A DNA stretch of 64,000 nt, from the NCBI GenBank assembly GCA_009837885.1, contig VXSP01000045.1, positions 325,526 through 389,525 of the forward strand, in the 5' to 3' direction. The position numbers and the translations under genes are program-made. The stretch is from Holophagales bacterium. GTDB lineage: Bacteria; Acidobacteriota; Thermoanaerobaculia; Multivoradales; Multivoraceae. Shown in pieces: positions 48,972 to 58,730 of this stretch (position 1 is the first letter of the stretch; each line of letters begins with the position of its first letter). Below the pieces are notes generated by a model. The model was given only the letters and a program-made list of their open reading frames with translations, searched no databases and was not told the origin of the DNA.

Positions 48972-50432
48972 ATGGCACAGAGTCAGGACAACACTCAGGA
49001 ACCCGTCGCCGGGCGTGCGCCGCTGATCGTCGGCGGTTACGACTTCCGTTCCCTGACGGAAGCGGTCGCGGTGCCGGTCGAGCGCAAGACGCCGATCGGC
49101 TGGTGGTTCTTCTTCCTGCCGTCGCTGGCGATGCTGGGCCTGTTCGGCGTTTCGATCGGCTGGCTGTTCTGGGAGGGCACCGGCATCTGGGGCCTGAACA
49201 ACCCGGTCAACTGGGGCTTCGCGATCGTCAACTTCGTCTTCTGGGTCGGCATCGGCCATGCCGGCACGTTGATCTCCGCGATCCTCTTCCTGTTTCGGCA
49301 GAAGTGGCGCACGTCGATCAACCGCGCGGCGGAGGCGATGACGATCTTCGCGGTCATGTGCGCCCTGGTCTTCCCGGGAATCCACGTCGGCCGCGTGTGG
49401 GTCGCCTACTGGATGTTCCCGCTGCCGAATCAGATGGACATGTGGCCGAACTTCCGCAGCCCGCTGATCTGGGACGTGTTTGCGGTGTCGATCTACGGCA
49501 CGGTGTCCCTGATGTTCTGGTACGTGGGCCTGATCCCGGATCTCGCGACGATCCGCGACCGCGCCAAGACGCGGATCAAGCAGATCGCCTACGGCATCTT
49601 CGCTCTCGGCTGGCGCGGTTCGCACCGGAACTGGCTCCACTACGAGCGGGCCTACCTGATGCTGGCCGGTCTGGCGACGCCGCTGGTTCTCTCCGTCCAC
49701 TCGGTCGTGTCGATGGACTTCGCCACCGCCCAGTTGCCGGGCTGGCACACGACGATCTTCCCGCCGTACTTCGTCGCCGGGGCGATCTTCTCAGGCTTCG
49801 CCATGGTCATGACCCTGATGCTGATCTGCCGGGTCCTGTTCAAGATGGAGGACATCATCACGATGCGCCACCTCGAGAACATGGCCAAGATCATGCTGCT
49901 GACGGGGTGCATGGTCGGTTACGCCTACGGCATCGAGATGTTCATCGCCTGGTACAGCGGCAACCCGTACGAGCAGTTCGCCTTCGCCAACCGGGCCCTC
50001 GGGCCCTACGCCTGGGCCTACTGGATCATGGTGAGCTGCAACGTGCTCACGCCGCAGTTGTTCTGGTTCAAGAAGATGCGCAACCACATCGGCTGGCTGT
50101 TCATCTCCTCGATCCTGATCAACATCGGCATGTGGTTCGAGCGTTTCGTCATCGTCACCTCGTCGCTGCACCGCGACTTCCTGCCCGCGAACTGGGACTA
50201 CTACCAGGCGACCTTCTGGGACTTCGCTTCGCTGATCGGCAGCTTCGGCCTGTTCTTCACGATGTTCTGCCTGTTCGCCCGGTTCCTGCCGCTGGTGGCG
50301 ACGGCGGAGGTCAAGACCGTGCTGCCGGAGGCCGACCCGCACCAGGGCGAGGAACTGGTGCGCGTGGTGCCAGCCGGCTCCGGAGTGGAACCCGCGCCGC
50401 AGGCGGCGCCGGCCGGCGGGGGAGGGTCCTGA
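48972..50432 (+). CDS. actC: Alternative complex III subunit ActC (NrfD/PsrC-family quinol-interacting membrane subunit)
   Basis: 486 aa and polytopic. [31 protein letters not shown] and RFVIV are typical of the NrfD family. It is followed by ActD and ActF homologs. Confidence 0.8.
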   Translation: MAQSQDNTQEPVAGRAPLIVGGYDFRSLTEAVAVPVERKTPIGWWFFFLPSLAMLGLFGVSIGWLFWEGTGIWGLNNPVNWGFAIVNFVFWVGIGHAGTLISAILFLFRQKWRTSINRAAEAMTIFAVMCALVFPGIHVGRVWVAYWMFPLPNQMDMWPNFRSPLIWDVFAVSIYGTVSLMFWYVGLIPDLATIRDRAKTRIKQIAYGIFALGWRGSHRNWLHYERAYLMLAGLATPLVLSVHSVVSMDFATAQLPGWHTTIFPPYFVAGAIFSGFAMVMTLMLICRVLFKMEDIITMRHLENMAKIMLLTGCMVGYAYGIEMFIAWYSGNPYEQFAFANRALGPYAWAYWIMVSCNVLTPQLFWFKKMRNHIGWLFISSILINIGMWFERFVIVTSSLHRDFLPANWDYYQATFWDFASLIGSFGLFFTMFCLFARFLPLVATAEVKTVLPEADPHQGEELVRVVPAGSGVEPAPQAAPAGGGGS

Positions 50433-50433
50433 C

Positions 50434-51042
50434 ATGGGCCTGATGACCCTGGACGTGCCGGAAGCGTCGGCGGGTTACAGCCACTACGGTGTGCTGGCCC
50501 GCTTCGAAACCGCGAAGGCGCTCTACCGGGCCTGTGAGGCGGTCCGGGACGCCGGCTACTCGAAGTGGGACGCGCTGACGCCGTTTCCGGTTCATGGTCT
50601 CGAGAAGGCGATGGGGCTGAAGCCGTCCAGGCTGCCGTTCCTCGTGCTGGCCACGGGACTTTCCGGCGCCGGGCTCGGCTTCGCCCTGCAGAGCTGGGTC
50701 CACATCAAGGGCTACCCGCTGATCATCAGCGGCAAGCCGCTGTTCACCTGGCCCGCCTTCGTGCCGGTCACCTTCGAGCTCGGAGTGCTCGGCGCTGCGC
50801 TGGGGGCGGTGCTCGGCATGTTCGCCTTCAACAAGTTGCCCACCTACCACCATCCGCTCTTCCGGTCGAAGAACTTCGCGCGCGTGACGGACGACGGTCT
50901 GTTCATCGCCATCGAGGCCTGGGATCCGAAGTACGACGACCAGGACACCGCGGAGTTCCTGAGCAGGCTCGGCGCGGTCGAGGTGGAGCACGTGCCGATC
51001 GACGATCCCGCGGACGACGGTGACGGGGGAGGCGCCGCCTGA
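50434..51042 (+). CDS. actD: Alternative complex III subunit ActD (DUF3341)
   Basis: 202 aa. GVLARFE....L..A....RDAGY.KWDA.TPFPVHGL..AMG, then two TM helices, is the DUF3341 pattern. Confidence 0.8.
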   Translation: MGLMTLDVPEASAGYSHYGVLARFETAKALYRACEAVRDAGYSKWDALTPFPVHGLEKAMGLKPSRLPFLVLATGLSGAGLGFALQSWVHIKGYPLIISGKPLFTWPAFVPVTFELGVLGAALGAVLGMFAFNKLPTYHHPLFRSKNFARVTDDGLFIAIEAWDPKYDDQDTAEFLSRLGAVEVEHVPIDDPADDGDGGGAA

Positions 51043-52277
51043 TGGCCCACGGACCGCGCATCGTTCATCTCGATCAATTGGTCATCCGGCCGGGCAGCGG
51101 CTGGGCGCGCCTGCCTTTGATCGCGGGCGCGGTCGGCGTCGTCTTCACGGTCGTGTCGATCGTGCTGGCGATGGGGTCAAAAGAGAGCACCAAGCAGTTC
51201 TTCCACTCCTGGCTCGTCGCCGTCGTCTTCTTCCTCTGCATCGGTCTCGGCTGCCTGTTCTTCGTGCTGATTCACCACGCGACGAAGGCCGGCTGGGGCG
51301 TCGTGGTGCGCCGTCTGGCCGAGAACCTGGCCTGCACGGTGCCTGTGCTGGCCGTCCTGTTCATTCCGGTCGTGGCCCTGGGCATGTACGACCTGTTCCA
51401 CTGGACCCACGCCGACGCCGTGGCGCACGACCGGTTGCTGCAGGTCAAGGAACCGTGGCTCAACGAGACCGGCTTCTGGATTCGGACCGTCATCTACTTC
51501 GTGATCTGGAGTGGGCTGGCCCTCTACTTCCGGAACGCGTCGCGGCGCCAGGATGACAGCGGAGACGAGGCCCTTTCCCACCGGATGGCGCGATTCAGCC
51601 CCGTCGCGGTCGCCATGTTTGCCGTGACGCTGACGTTCGCCGGTTTCGACTGGCTGATGTCGCTGGAGCCGCACTGGTACTCGACGATGTTCGGCGTCTA
51701 CTTCTTCGCCGGTACGGTCGTCTCGGCGTTCGCGGCGCTTACGGTCCTCACCCTGGCCTTCGAACGGTCGGGCCACTTCCGGGGCGTGATCACCGGCGAG
51801 CACTTCCACGATCTCGGCAAGCTGCTGTTCGCCTTCACGGTCTTCTGGGCCTACATCGCCTTCAGCCAGTTCTTCCTCATCTGGTACGCGAACATCCCGG
51901 AGGAGACGAACTGGTTCCTGAGCCGGCTGCACGGCACGGCCGACAATCCGGCGAACTGGCGCCCGGCGACCCTGCTTCTGGCCATCGGCCACTTCGCCGT
52001 CCCGTTCTTCTTCCTCATGCCCCGGACGATCAAGCGCAACCGCACCCTGCTGCTGATCGGCGCCCTCTGGATGCTGGCCATGCACCTCTGGGACGTGTTC
52101 TGGCTGGTCATGCCGAACCTGCACCGGGAGATGACGTTCTCCCTGCTCGACCTGACCTCGCTGCTCGGCGTGGGCGGCGTGTTCCTGGCAACCGCGGGCT
52201 GGCTGCTGGGCCGCGGCTCGCTGGTGCCGTCCCGCGATCCGCGGCTGGTCGAGTCGCTGGCCTTCGAGAACATCTGA
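51042..52277 (+). CDS. actF: Alternative complex III subunit ActF-like quinone-binding membrane protein
   Basis: 411 aa and polytopic. FFLIWYANIPEETNWF and HATKAGWGVVVRR motifs. The start shares one nucleotide with the actD stop (TGATG). Confidence 0.75.
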   Translation: MAHGPRIVHLDQLVIRPGSGWARLPLIAGAVGVVFTVVSIVLAMGSKESTKQFFHSWLVAVVFFLCIGLGCLFFVLIHHATKAGWGVVVRRLAENLACTVPVLAVLFIPVVALGMYDLFHWTHADAVAHDRLLQVKEPWLNETGFWIRTVIYFVIWSGLALYFRNASRRQDDSGDEALSHRMARFSPVAVAMFAVTLTFAGFDWLMSLEPHWYSTMFGVYFFAGTVVSAFAALTVLTLAFERSGHFRGVITGEHFHDLGKLLFAFTVFWAYIAFSQFFLIWYANIPEETNWFLSRLHGTADNPANWRPATLLLAIGHFAVPFFFLMPRTIKRNRTLLLIGALWMLAMHLWDVFWLVMPNLHREMTFSLLDLTSLLGVGGVFLATAGWLLGRGSLVPSRDPRLVESLAFENI

Positions 52278-52396
52278 GACGTTCAGGGGCCCTCCCAGTC
52301 CGTCAGCCGTTCGCCTTGTTCAGTCCGCCGGTCCTTGCTACGCTGCGCACCGTCTCAGGACCTCTTGCAACACCTCTCCCGTCAAGGAGCATCGAC

Positions 52397-53113
52397 ATGA
52401 TTCCGAAGCAGACGATTCGCGTCTGTGCCGTTCTTCTCGCCTTCGCCCTGGCTTCCTCCTCGGTTGCGCTCGGCGGCACGATTGTCGGCAAAGTCACGTA
52501 CGAAGGCCGGACGCCCCCGCAACGCCCGATGAGGATGGACGCGGACCCCAAGTGCGCCGAGAAGCACAGTGGCACGGTCCTCGACCAGACCTTCATGATC
52601 GGGGATGGCGGCGCCTTCGCCAACGTCTTCCTGGTGATTACCGAGGGCCTGGACGGGAAGTCGTTCGACACGCCTTCGCAGCCGGTGGTCATGGACCAGA
52701 ACGGCTGCATCTACACGCCACGCGTCATGGGCATCCAGGTCGGGCAGCAGTTCAAGGTGAAGAACTCGGACGGCCTGCTGCACAACGTCCACTCCCTGTC
52801 CAAGGACAACCCCCCGTTCAACCGGGCGATGCCGGCCAGCGTGACGGAGGCCGACTACAGCTTCGACAAGACGGAGCGCTTCCGCATCAAGTGCGACGTC
52901 CACCCCTGGATGACGTCCTGGGTGACGGTCGTCGATCATCCGTTCTACGCGGTTTCGGGCGCCGACGGCAGTTTCCGCATCGAGAATGTTCCGGCCGGCA
53001 CCTACACGATCGAGGCCCGGCATGAGTTCGAGAGGTTCAGGATCTACTCGGAGACCGTCGAGGTCGGCGACAGTGGCGAAGCGACGGTGAACTTCGTCTT
53101 CAAGCCGGAGTAG
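52397..53113 (+). CDS. Cupredoxin (amicyanin-like type-1 Cu site) with carboxypeptidase-regulatory-like domain, secreted
   Basis: Start placed at ATG 52397, after AAGGAG (MIPKQTIRVCAVLLAFALASSSVALG). LLHNVHS and KCDVHPWM motifs. C-terminal GSFRIENVPAGTYTIEARHE. Confidence 0.65.
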   Translation: MIPKQTIRVCAVLLAFALASSSVALGGTIVGKVTYEGRTPPQRPMRMDADPKCAEKHSGTVLDQTFMIGDGGAFANVFLVITEGLDGKSFDTPSQPVVMDQNGCIYTPRVMGIQVGQQFKVKNSDGLLHNVHSLSKDNPPFNRAMPASVTEADYSFDKTERFRIKCDVHPWMTSWVTVVDHPFYAVSGADGSFRIENVPAGTYTIEARHEFERFRIYSETVEVGDSGEATVNFVFKPE

Positions 53114-53154
53114 ACGAGGCAACCCCAGAAAGTAGCTAGAAAGGAGCGGCGTCC

Positions 53155-54912
53155 ATGGCGGAGCCCGTTCACGCTTCACCTGCACACGACGAGCATCACC
53201 ACGAGCAGAGCTTCTGGCGGAAGTACATCTTCTCGACCGATCACAAGGTGATCGGCGTCCAGTACTCGGTCACGGGTCTGGCGTTTCTCCTCTTCGGGTT
53301 CGTCCTGATGATGGTGATGCGCTGGAACCTCGCCTACCCGGGCGAGCCGATTCCCTTCATCGGCTCGCTCCTCGGCGAGAACCGGGCGCCCGGCGGCATC
53401 ATGCTGCCGGACTTCTACAACGAGCTCGGCGCCATGCACGGCACGATCATGGTGTTCCTGGGGGTCGTGCCGCTGGCGGTCGGCGGCTTCGGCAACTTCG
53501 TCATGCCGCTGCAGCTCGGCGCCCCGGACATGGCCTTCCCGCGGATCAACATGATCAGCTACTGGTGCCTGTTCCTGGGCGGCGTGACGATGTTCGCCAG
53601 CTTCTTCCTGCCGAACGGCGCCGCGGGCAACGGCTGGACCTCCTACTCGCCGCTGGCCGACATCGCGCTGAACGGCCAGACCGCCTGGCTGATCGGGATG
53701 ATCTTCCTGATCACGTCGTCCCTGCTGGGCGCGGTCAACTTCATCACCACGGCGATCCAGCTCCGGGCTCCGGGCATGACCTGGATGCGACTGCCCTTCT
53801 TCTGCTGGGCGCAGATCGTGACCGCCTTCCTCCTGCTGCTGGCCTTCCCGCCGCTCGAGGCCGCGGGCGTGCTGCAGTTGATGGACCGGGTCGCGAACAC
53901 CAGTTTCTTCATTCCGGAGGGCCTGGTGGTCGGTGGCGAAGTGGTCGACCGGAGCGGAGGCGGCAGCCCGCTGCTCTGGCAGCACCTGTTCTGGTTCCTG
54001 GCCCACCCGGAGGTCTACGTGCTCATCCTGCCGGCGATGGGGATCGTCGCCGAGGTGATCGCGAACAACTCCCGCAAGCCGCTCTGGGGTTACCGCTCGA
54101 TGGTCTACTCCCTGATCTTCCTCGGCTTCATGAGCTTCATCGTCTGGGCGCACCACATGTTCATCACCGGCATGGGCTCGGTGATGTCGACCTTCTTCCA
54201 GACGACGACGATGATCATCTCGATCCCGTCGGTCATCATCCTGAGCGCGCTCTTCATCTCGCTGTGGGGCGGTTCCATCCGCTACAACACGCCGATGCTG
54301 TTCGCGCTCGGCTTCCTGCCGATGTTCGGCATAGGAGGGCTGACCGGGCTGCCGCTCGGTCTCTCGGCGGCGGACATCCCGCTCCACGACACCTACTACG
54401 TGATCGGGCACTTCCACTACGTGGTGGCGCCCGGAACCCTGTTCGCGCTGTTCGCCGGCGTCTACTACTGGTTCCCCAAGGTGACGGGGCGCAAGATGAA
54501 CGAGTTCCTGGGCAAGCTCCACTTCTGGCCCTCGCTCGTCTTCATGAACGGGGTTTTCTTCCCGATGATGATCCAGGGCCTGAACGGCGTATCGCGCCGG
54601 CTCGCCGACGGCGGCATCACTTACGACTTCGCGGGCGAGGTCGCCGGGCTGAACCGGATGATGTCGGTTTCGGCCTGGTGCCTGGCGGTGGCGCAGATTC
54701 CGTTCATCATCAACTTCTTCATGAGCATCCGGAACGGCGAGAAGGCCGGACGCAACCCCTGGAACTCGACCACCGTCGAGTGGCTGGCGCCGTCGCCGGC
54801 TCCGCACGGCAACTTCGATCAGCCGATCGAGGTTGTGCGCGGGCCGTACGAGTACAGCGTCCCGGGTAGCGACAAGGACTACGTCCCACAGGCCGAACCG
54901 GCCTCAACCTGA
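53155..54912 (+). CDS. ctaD: Cytochrome c oxidase subunit I (A1-type haem-copper oxidase)
   Basis: 585 aa. GAPDMAFPRIN, WFLAHPEVYVLILP (HPEVY with the Glu and the cross-link Tyr), WAHHMF and GHFHYV. Confidence 0.95.
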   Translation: MAEPVHASPAHDEHHHEQSFWRKYIFSTDHKVIGVQYSVTGLAFLLFGFVLMMVMRWNLAYPGEPIPFIGSLLGENRAPGGIMLPDFYNELGAMHGTIMVFLGVVPLAVGGFGNFVMPLQLGAPDMAFPRINMISYWCLFLGGVTMFASFFLPNGAAGNGWTSYSPLADIALNGQTAWLIGMIFLITSSLLGAVNFITTAIQLRAPGMTWMRLPFFCWAQIVTAFLLLLAFPPLEAAGVLQLMDRVANTSFFIPEGLVVGGEVVDRSGGGSPLLWQHLFWFLAHPEVYVLILPAMGIVAEVIANNSRKPLWGYRSMVYSLIFLGFMSFIVWAHHMFITGMGSVMSTFFQTTTMIISIPSVIILSALFISLWGGSIRYNTPMLFALGFLPMFGIGGLTGLPLGLSAADIPLHDTYYVIGHFHYVVAPGTLFALFAGVYYWFPKVTGRKMNEFLGKLHFWPSLVFMNGVFFPMMIQGLNGVSRRLADGGITYDFAGEVAGLNRMMSVSAWCLAVAQIPFIINFFMSIRNGEKAGRNPWNSTTVEWLAPSPAPHGNFDQPIEVVRGPYEYSVPGSDKDYVPQAEPAST

Positions 54913-54932
54913 CCGTTCGAGGACCTCAAGAG

Positions 54933-55532
54933 ATGGAAATCCCCTACACGGTAGAGGCCCACCCCGAAACCGGCCTCAACAACGGGAAGATCGGGATCTG
55001 GCTGTTCCTGACCTCGGAGGTCATGCTGTTCGGGGCGTTGTTCGCCACGTTCATCATGCTGCGCCTGGGATCGGACGGCAACTGGGCCGCGATGCAGGCG
55101 GAAGCGGAGCTCAACATTCCGCTGGCGACGCTCAACACGGCCGTGCTGATCGCCTCCAGTCTGACGATGGTCATGGCCTGGGCGTCGCTGATGCGCGGGC
55201 AACTGGGCCGGTTCAAGCTGTTCGGCTGGCTGACCGTCGCCTGCGGCGGCGTCTTCTTGGTCATCAAGTACTTCGAGTACACGGCGAAGTTCGAGCACCA
55301 CCACTACCCGGAGTCGAGCACCTTCCTCGCCATCTACTTCGCGATGACGGGCCTCCACGCCCTGCACGTGATCGGCGGCATGGCCTGGAACGCCTACTTC
55401 ACCGGGCCGGGGTCGAAGCTTTTCCACACGAACCGGCAGTGGCTGACCGACCGGGTCGAGCACTCCGGTCTGTTCTGGCACTTCGTCGACCTGGTCTGGA
55501 TCTTCCTCTTCCCCGTCTTCTACCTGCTGTAG
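54933..55532 (+). CDS. ctaE: Cytochrome c oxidase subunit III (short form)
   Basis: 199 aa. WLFLTSEVMLFGALF, YFAMTGLHALHVIGG and LFWHFVDLVWIFLFP. Confidence 0.9.
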   Translation: MEIPYTVEAHPETGLNNGKIGIWLFLTSEVMLFGALFATFIMLRLGSDGNWAAMQAEAELNIPLATLNTAVLIASSLTMVMAWASLMRGQLGRFKLFGWLTVACGGVFLVIKYFEYTAKFEHHHYPESSTFLAIYFAMTGLHALHVIGGMAWNAYFTGPGSKLFHTNRQWLTDRVEHSGLFWHFVDLVWIFLFPVFYLL

Positions 55533-55584
55533 CGGACATCTGCCGCCCTGAATCCCTGGTCTACCCTGGAGCGAGTCGCATTCC

Positions 55585-55914
55585 ATGAGTGAACACGTCG
55601 ATATCGACAAGCAGGTCCGCGTCTACTTCCTGGTTTTCGGCGCCCTGATGGTGGGTACGCTCGTCACGGTTCTTGCGGCGGAACTCGATGTTTCGGTGCC
55701 GGTGGCCCTCACCATCGGCCTGTTCATCGCCACCGCCAAGGCGTCGCTGGTCGCCTGCTTCTTCATGCACCTGATCGACGAGAAGAAGATCATCTACTGG
55801 ACGCTGGCCCTGACCGTCGCGTTCTTCATCGCCCTGATGGCGTTGCCGCTCCTGACCTCGGTAGCGGACCAGGTAGGGGAGTTCGCCGAAGTCGAGGCGC
55901 ACGAGCCGCACTGA
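55585..55914 (+). CDS. Cytochrome c oxidase subunit IV family protein
   Basis: 109 aa with three TM segments and the FFMHL motif typical of prokaryotic CoxIV/QoxD-like subunits. Confidence 0.7.
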   Translation: MSEHVDIDKQVRVYFLVFGALMVGTLVTVLAAELDVSVPVALTIGLFIATAKASLVACFFMHLIDEKKIIYWTLALTVAFFIALMALPLLTSVADQVGEFAEVEAHEPH

Positions 55915-55933
55915 CGATCCCGCTGAACGCGTC

Positions 55934-56407
55934 ATGAACCTGAAGGTCATTCACATCGTCTTCGTCGGCAGCGCCATTCTCCTGGCGCTGTTCTTCGGCG
56001 GCTGGTGTCTGGCGCAGGGGAGCGCGTTCGCGGTGGGCGCCGTTCTTTCCTTCGCGGTCGCGGCTGCGCTCGTCTGGTACGGCATCTGGTTCTGGCGCAA
56101 GATCACGACGCCCGAAGAGGAGTGGGCTCGCCGGCGCAAGCTGTTCCGCACGATTCCCGTTGCCGTGGTCGTCTGGCTCTTCGCCTCCGAGCCGGCGGCC
56201 TGGGCCTGCTCGGTCTGCTACGGGGCCGCTGAAGGGTCGATGATCGACGCGGCCCGGGCCGGGGTGTGGTTCCTGCTGGCGGCCGTGTTCGTGATGCAGG
56301 GGGCCTTCGTTCTCTTCTTTCTCTATCTCCGGCGCCGTGCCCGGCGTCTGCGAACCGACCCGGTGCCGCCCTGGTGGAGCACCGTTGAGGAGCCTGTCAA
56401 GTCATGA
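55934..56407 (+). CDS. 4-TM membrane protein with CSVCYG motif, embedded in the cox operon
   Basis: 157 aa with four hydrophobic helices. A CxxC lies at the predicted start of TM3. ATGA overlap with the following coxII start. Confidence 0.6.
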   Translation: MNLKVIHIVFVGSAILLALFFGGWCLAQGSAFAVGAVLSFAVAAALVWYGIWFWRKITTPEEEWARRRKLFRTIPVAVVVWLFASEPAAWACSVCYGAAEGSMIDAARAGVWFLLAAVFVMQGAFVLFFLYLRRRARRLRTDPVPPWWSTVEEPVKS

Positions 56408-57207
56408 TGGATGCCATGTTCCCGGCCGCGGCGTCGGAGCACGCCGGCCGGATCGACAACATGATCGACGCGGTGCACTACCTGATGCTCGCGCTCTTCA
56501 TCGTCTGGGGCGTGTTCTTCGTGTACGTGCTGATGCGCTTCCGCGCCAGCCGCAACCCGAAGGCGGACTACGTCGGCGTCAAGAGCAAGATGAGCACTTA
56601 TGGTGAAGTCGCCGTGGCGATCGCGGAAGGGATTCTCCTGCTCGGCTTCTCGATTCCCATGTGGGCGGAACGGGTGGACGAAGTGCCGCCGGAGTCCGAG
56701 GCGACGGTCGTGCGGGTCGTGGCGCAGCAGTTCGCGTGGAACGTCTGGTATCCGGGGGCCGACGGCGAGTTCGGCGCGCAGGACCTGTCACTGATAGACG
56801 AGGCGACCAATCCGATCGGCCTCGACCGCGACAGCGAGGCCGGCGCCGACGACATCTGGACGGTGAACCAGTTGCACCTCCCGGTCGACAAGGCGGCGAT
56901 CATCCACCTGACGTCCAAGGACGTGATCCACAGCTTCAACCTGCCGAACATGCGGATCAAGCAGGACACGATCCCGGGCATTTCGATTCCGGTCTGGTTC
57001 GTTCCCACCAAGACCACCGCCCAGATCCGCGAAGAGACCGGAAACCCGGACTACGTCTACGAGATCGCCTGCGCCCAACTCTGCGGCAACAGCCACTACT
57101 CGATGCGCGGCTTCCTGACCGTGCACACCGAGGAGGAGTTCCAGGCCTGGCTCGACGAGGAGGCGTCCTACCTCACCGGCAGCGACGACGACTTCTTCGA
57201 CTTCTAG
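56404..57207 (+). CDS. ctaC: Cytochrome c oxidase subunit II (CuA domain, no fused cytochrome c)
   Basis: 267 aa with two N-terminal TM helices. CuA ligands DVIHSF ... CAQLCGNSHYSM. Confidence 0.9.
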   Translation: MMDAMFPAAASEHAGRIDNMIDAVHYLMLALFIVWGVFFVYVLMRFRASRNPKADYVGVKSKMSTYGEVAVAIAEGILLLGFSIPMWAERVDEVPPESEATVVRVVAQQFAWNVWYPGADGEFGAQDLSLIDEATNPIGLDRDSEAGADDIWTVNQLHLPVDKAAIIHLTSKDVIHSFNLPNMRIKQDTIPGISIPVWFVPTKTTAQIREETGNPDYVYEIACAQLCGNSHYSMRGFLTVHTEEEFQAWLDEEASYLTGSDDDFFDF

Positions 57208-57234
57208 GAGCCTGGCCGCGAGGCCGGTTCCTTC

Positions 57235-57261
57235 ACTGGGTGCGCCGGCGTCCCCGCCGGC
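57235..57261 (+). repeat. 27-nt palindromic intergenic element, copy C
   Basis: ACTGGGTGCGCCGGCGTCCCCGCCGGC, 28 nt after the coxII stop. It sits inside a pair of ~45-nt imperfect direct repeats, each beginning GGCCGCRAGGCCGGTTCC (57214 and 57291). Confidence 0.8.
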
Positions 57262-57335
57262 TGCCGCCGGAGGCGGTGAGGAAACGTACCGGCCGCAAGG
57301 CCGGTTCCCTATGCTCTGGGTGTACGCTCTGAAGA

Positions 57336-58730
57336 ATGAGCGGTTGCACACCCCTCTGGGGCCGCCGCGAGCTGTTGAAGGCGGCCTGGGTAGGGCCTTC
57401 GGCGGCGGCCGCCGCGTTTAGCGCCCACGCCGCGGCGAGTCAGGAAGCTGACGAAGACGACGCCGCGGGGCAGCCGGCCGAAGAGGCGCTCAAGGCATAC
57501 CGGGCGGGCTTCGCCGCTCCGCCGCTCGAGCGGGTGCGGATCGGTTTCGTCGGCGTCGGCCTTCAGGGCGGCGGCCACGTCCGGAACTTCCTCCGCATCG
57601 AGGGGGTCGATCTCGTGGCGGTCTGCGACATCGACGAGCGTCGCGCCGAGGAGGTGGCCTCGTGGATCGTCGACGCGGACAACGAGCCGCCCGAGCTCTA
57701 CACCCGGGGCGAGACGGACTTCAAGCGTCTCTGCGAGCGCGACGATATCGACCTCGTCTTCAACTCGACCCCCTGGCGGTGGCACGTTCCCGTCTGCGTC
57801 GAGGCGATGGAAACCGGGAAGCACACCGCGGTCGAGGTGCCGGCCGCGATCACGCTCGAGGGCTGCTGGCGTCTGGTCGAGACCGCCGAACGCACCGCGC
57901 GGCACTGCGTGATGATGGAGAACTGCAACTACGGCCGCAGCGAGATGATGGTCCTGAACATGGTGCGCCAGGGCCTGCTGGGAGACCTTCTTCACGGCGA
58001 GGCGGCCTACATTCATGACCTGCGGTCGATCAAGTTCTCCGATCGCAACGAGGGACTGTGGCGCCTGCAGCACTCGGTGGAACGGAACGCGAACCTCTAC
58101 CCGACCCATGGCCTTGGGCCAGTAGCCCAGTGCATGGACATCAACCGGGGCGACTGCTTCGACTACCTCGTCTCGCTGTCGAGCCCGGCCAAGGGGCTGG
58201 CGCTCTACGCGGCGGAACGGTTCGGCGCCGACGATCCGCGGGCCAGGGTCCGCTACGCCCTGGGTGACATGAACTCGAGCCTGATCCGGACGCGGCGCGG
58301 GCGCAGCATCCTGCTGCAGCACGACACGACGACGCCCAGACCGTACAGCCGGCTCAACCTGGTGCAGGGTACCCGCGGCGTGTTCGCGGGGTTTCCGGAC
58401 CGGATCTTCATCGAAGGCGAGGCCGAGGGGCACGAGTGGAGCGATGTCGAGCCCTACCGGGAGCGCTTCGAGCATCCGTTGTGGGCGGAGCGGTCCGGCG
58501 ATGCCGAGGGCGCCGGCCACGGCGGCATGGACTACCTCGAGGACTACCGGCTGGTCCGCTGTCTGCTCGAGGGCACGCCCACCGACATGGACGTCTACGA
58601 CGCGGCGGCGCTGTCGGCGCCGGTCGAGTTGAGCGAACTCTCGGTCGCCCGGGGCAGCGAGCCGGTCGAGTTCCCCGACTTCACCCGCGGCGCCTACCGG
58701 ACGCGGCCGCCGCTGGGGATCGTCGCCTGA
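57336..58730 (+). CDS. Gfo/Idh/MocA-family NAD-dependent oxidoreductase with Tat signal (GH109-like)
   Basis: GRRELLKAA Tat motif. Rossmann IGFVGVGLQGGGH. VMMENCNYG and YPTHGLGP motifs are typical of GH109-type proteins. Confidence 0.8.
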   Translation: MSGCTPLWGRRELLKAAWVGPSAAAAAFSAHAAASQEADEDDAAGQPAEEALKAYRAGFAAPPLERVRIGFVGVGLQGGGHVRNFLRIEGVDLVAVCDIDERRAEEVASWIVDADNEPPELYTRGETDFKRLCERDDIDLVFNSTPWRWHVPVCVEAMETGKHTAVEVPAAITLEGCWRLVETAERTARHCVMMENCNYGRSEMMVLNMVRQGLLGDLLHGEAAYIHDLRSIKFSDRNEGLWRLQHSVERNANLYPTHGLGPVAQCMDINRGDCFDYLVSLSSPAKGLALYAAERFGADDPRARVRYALGDMNSSLIRTRRGRSILLQHDTTTPRPYSRLNLVQGTRGVFAGFPDRIFIEGEAEGHEWSDVEPYRERFEHPLWAERSGDAEGAGHGGMDYLEDYRLVRCLLEGTPTDMDVYDAAALSAPVELSELSVARGSEPVEFPDFTRGAYRTRPPLGIVA

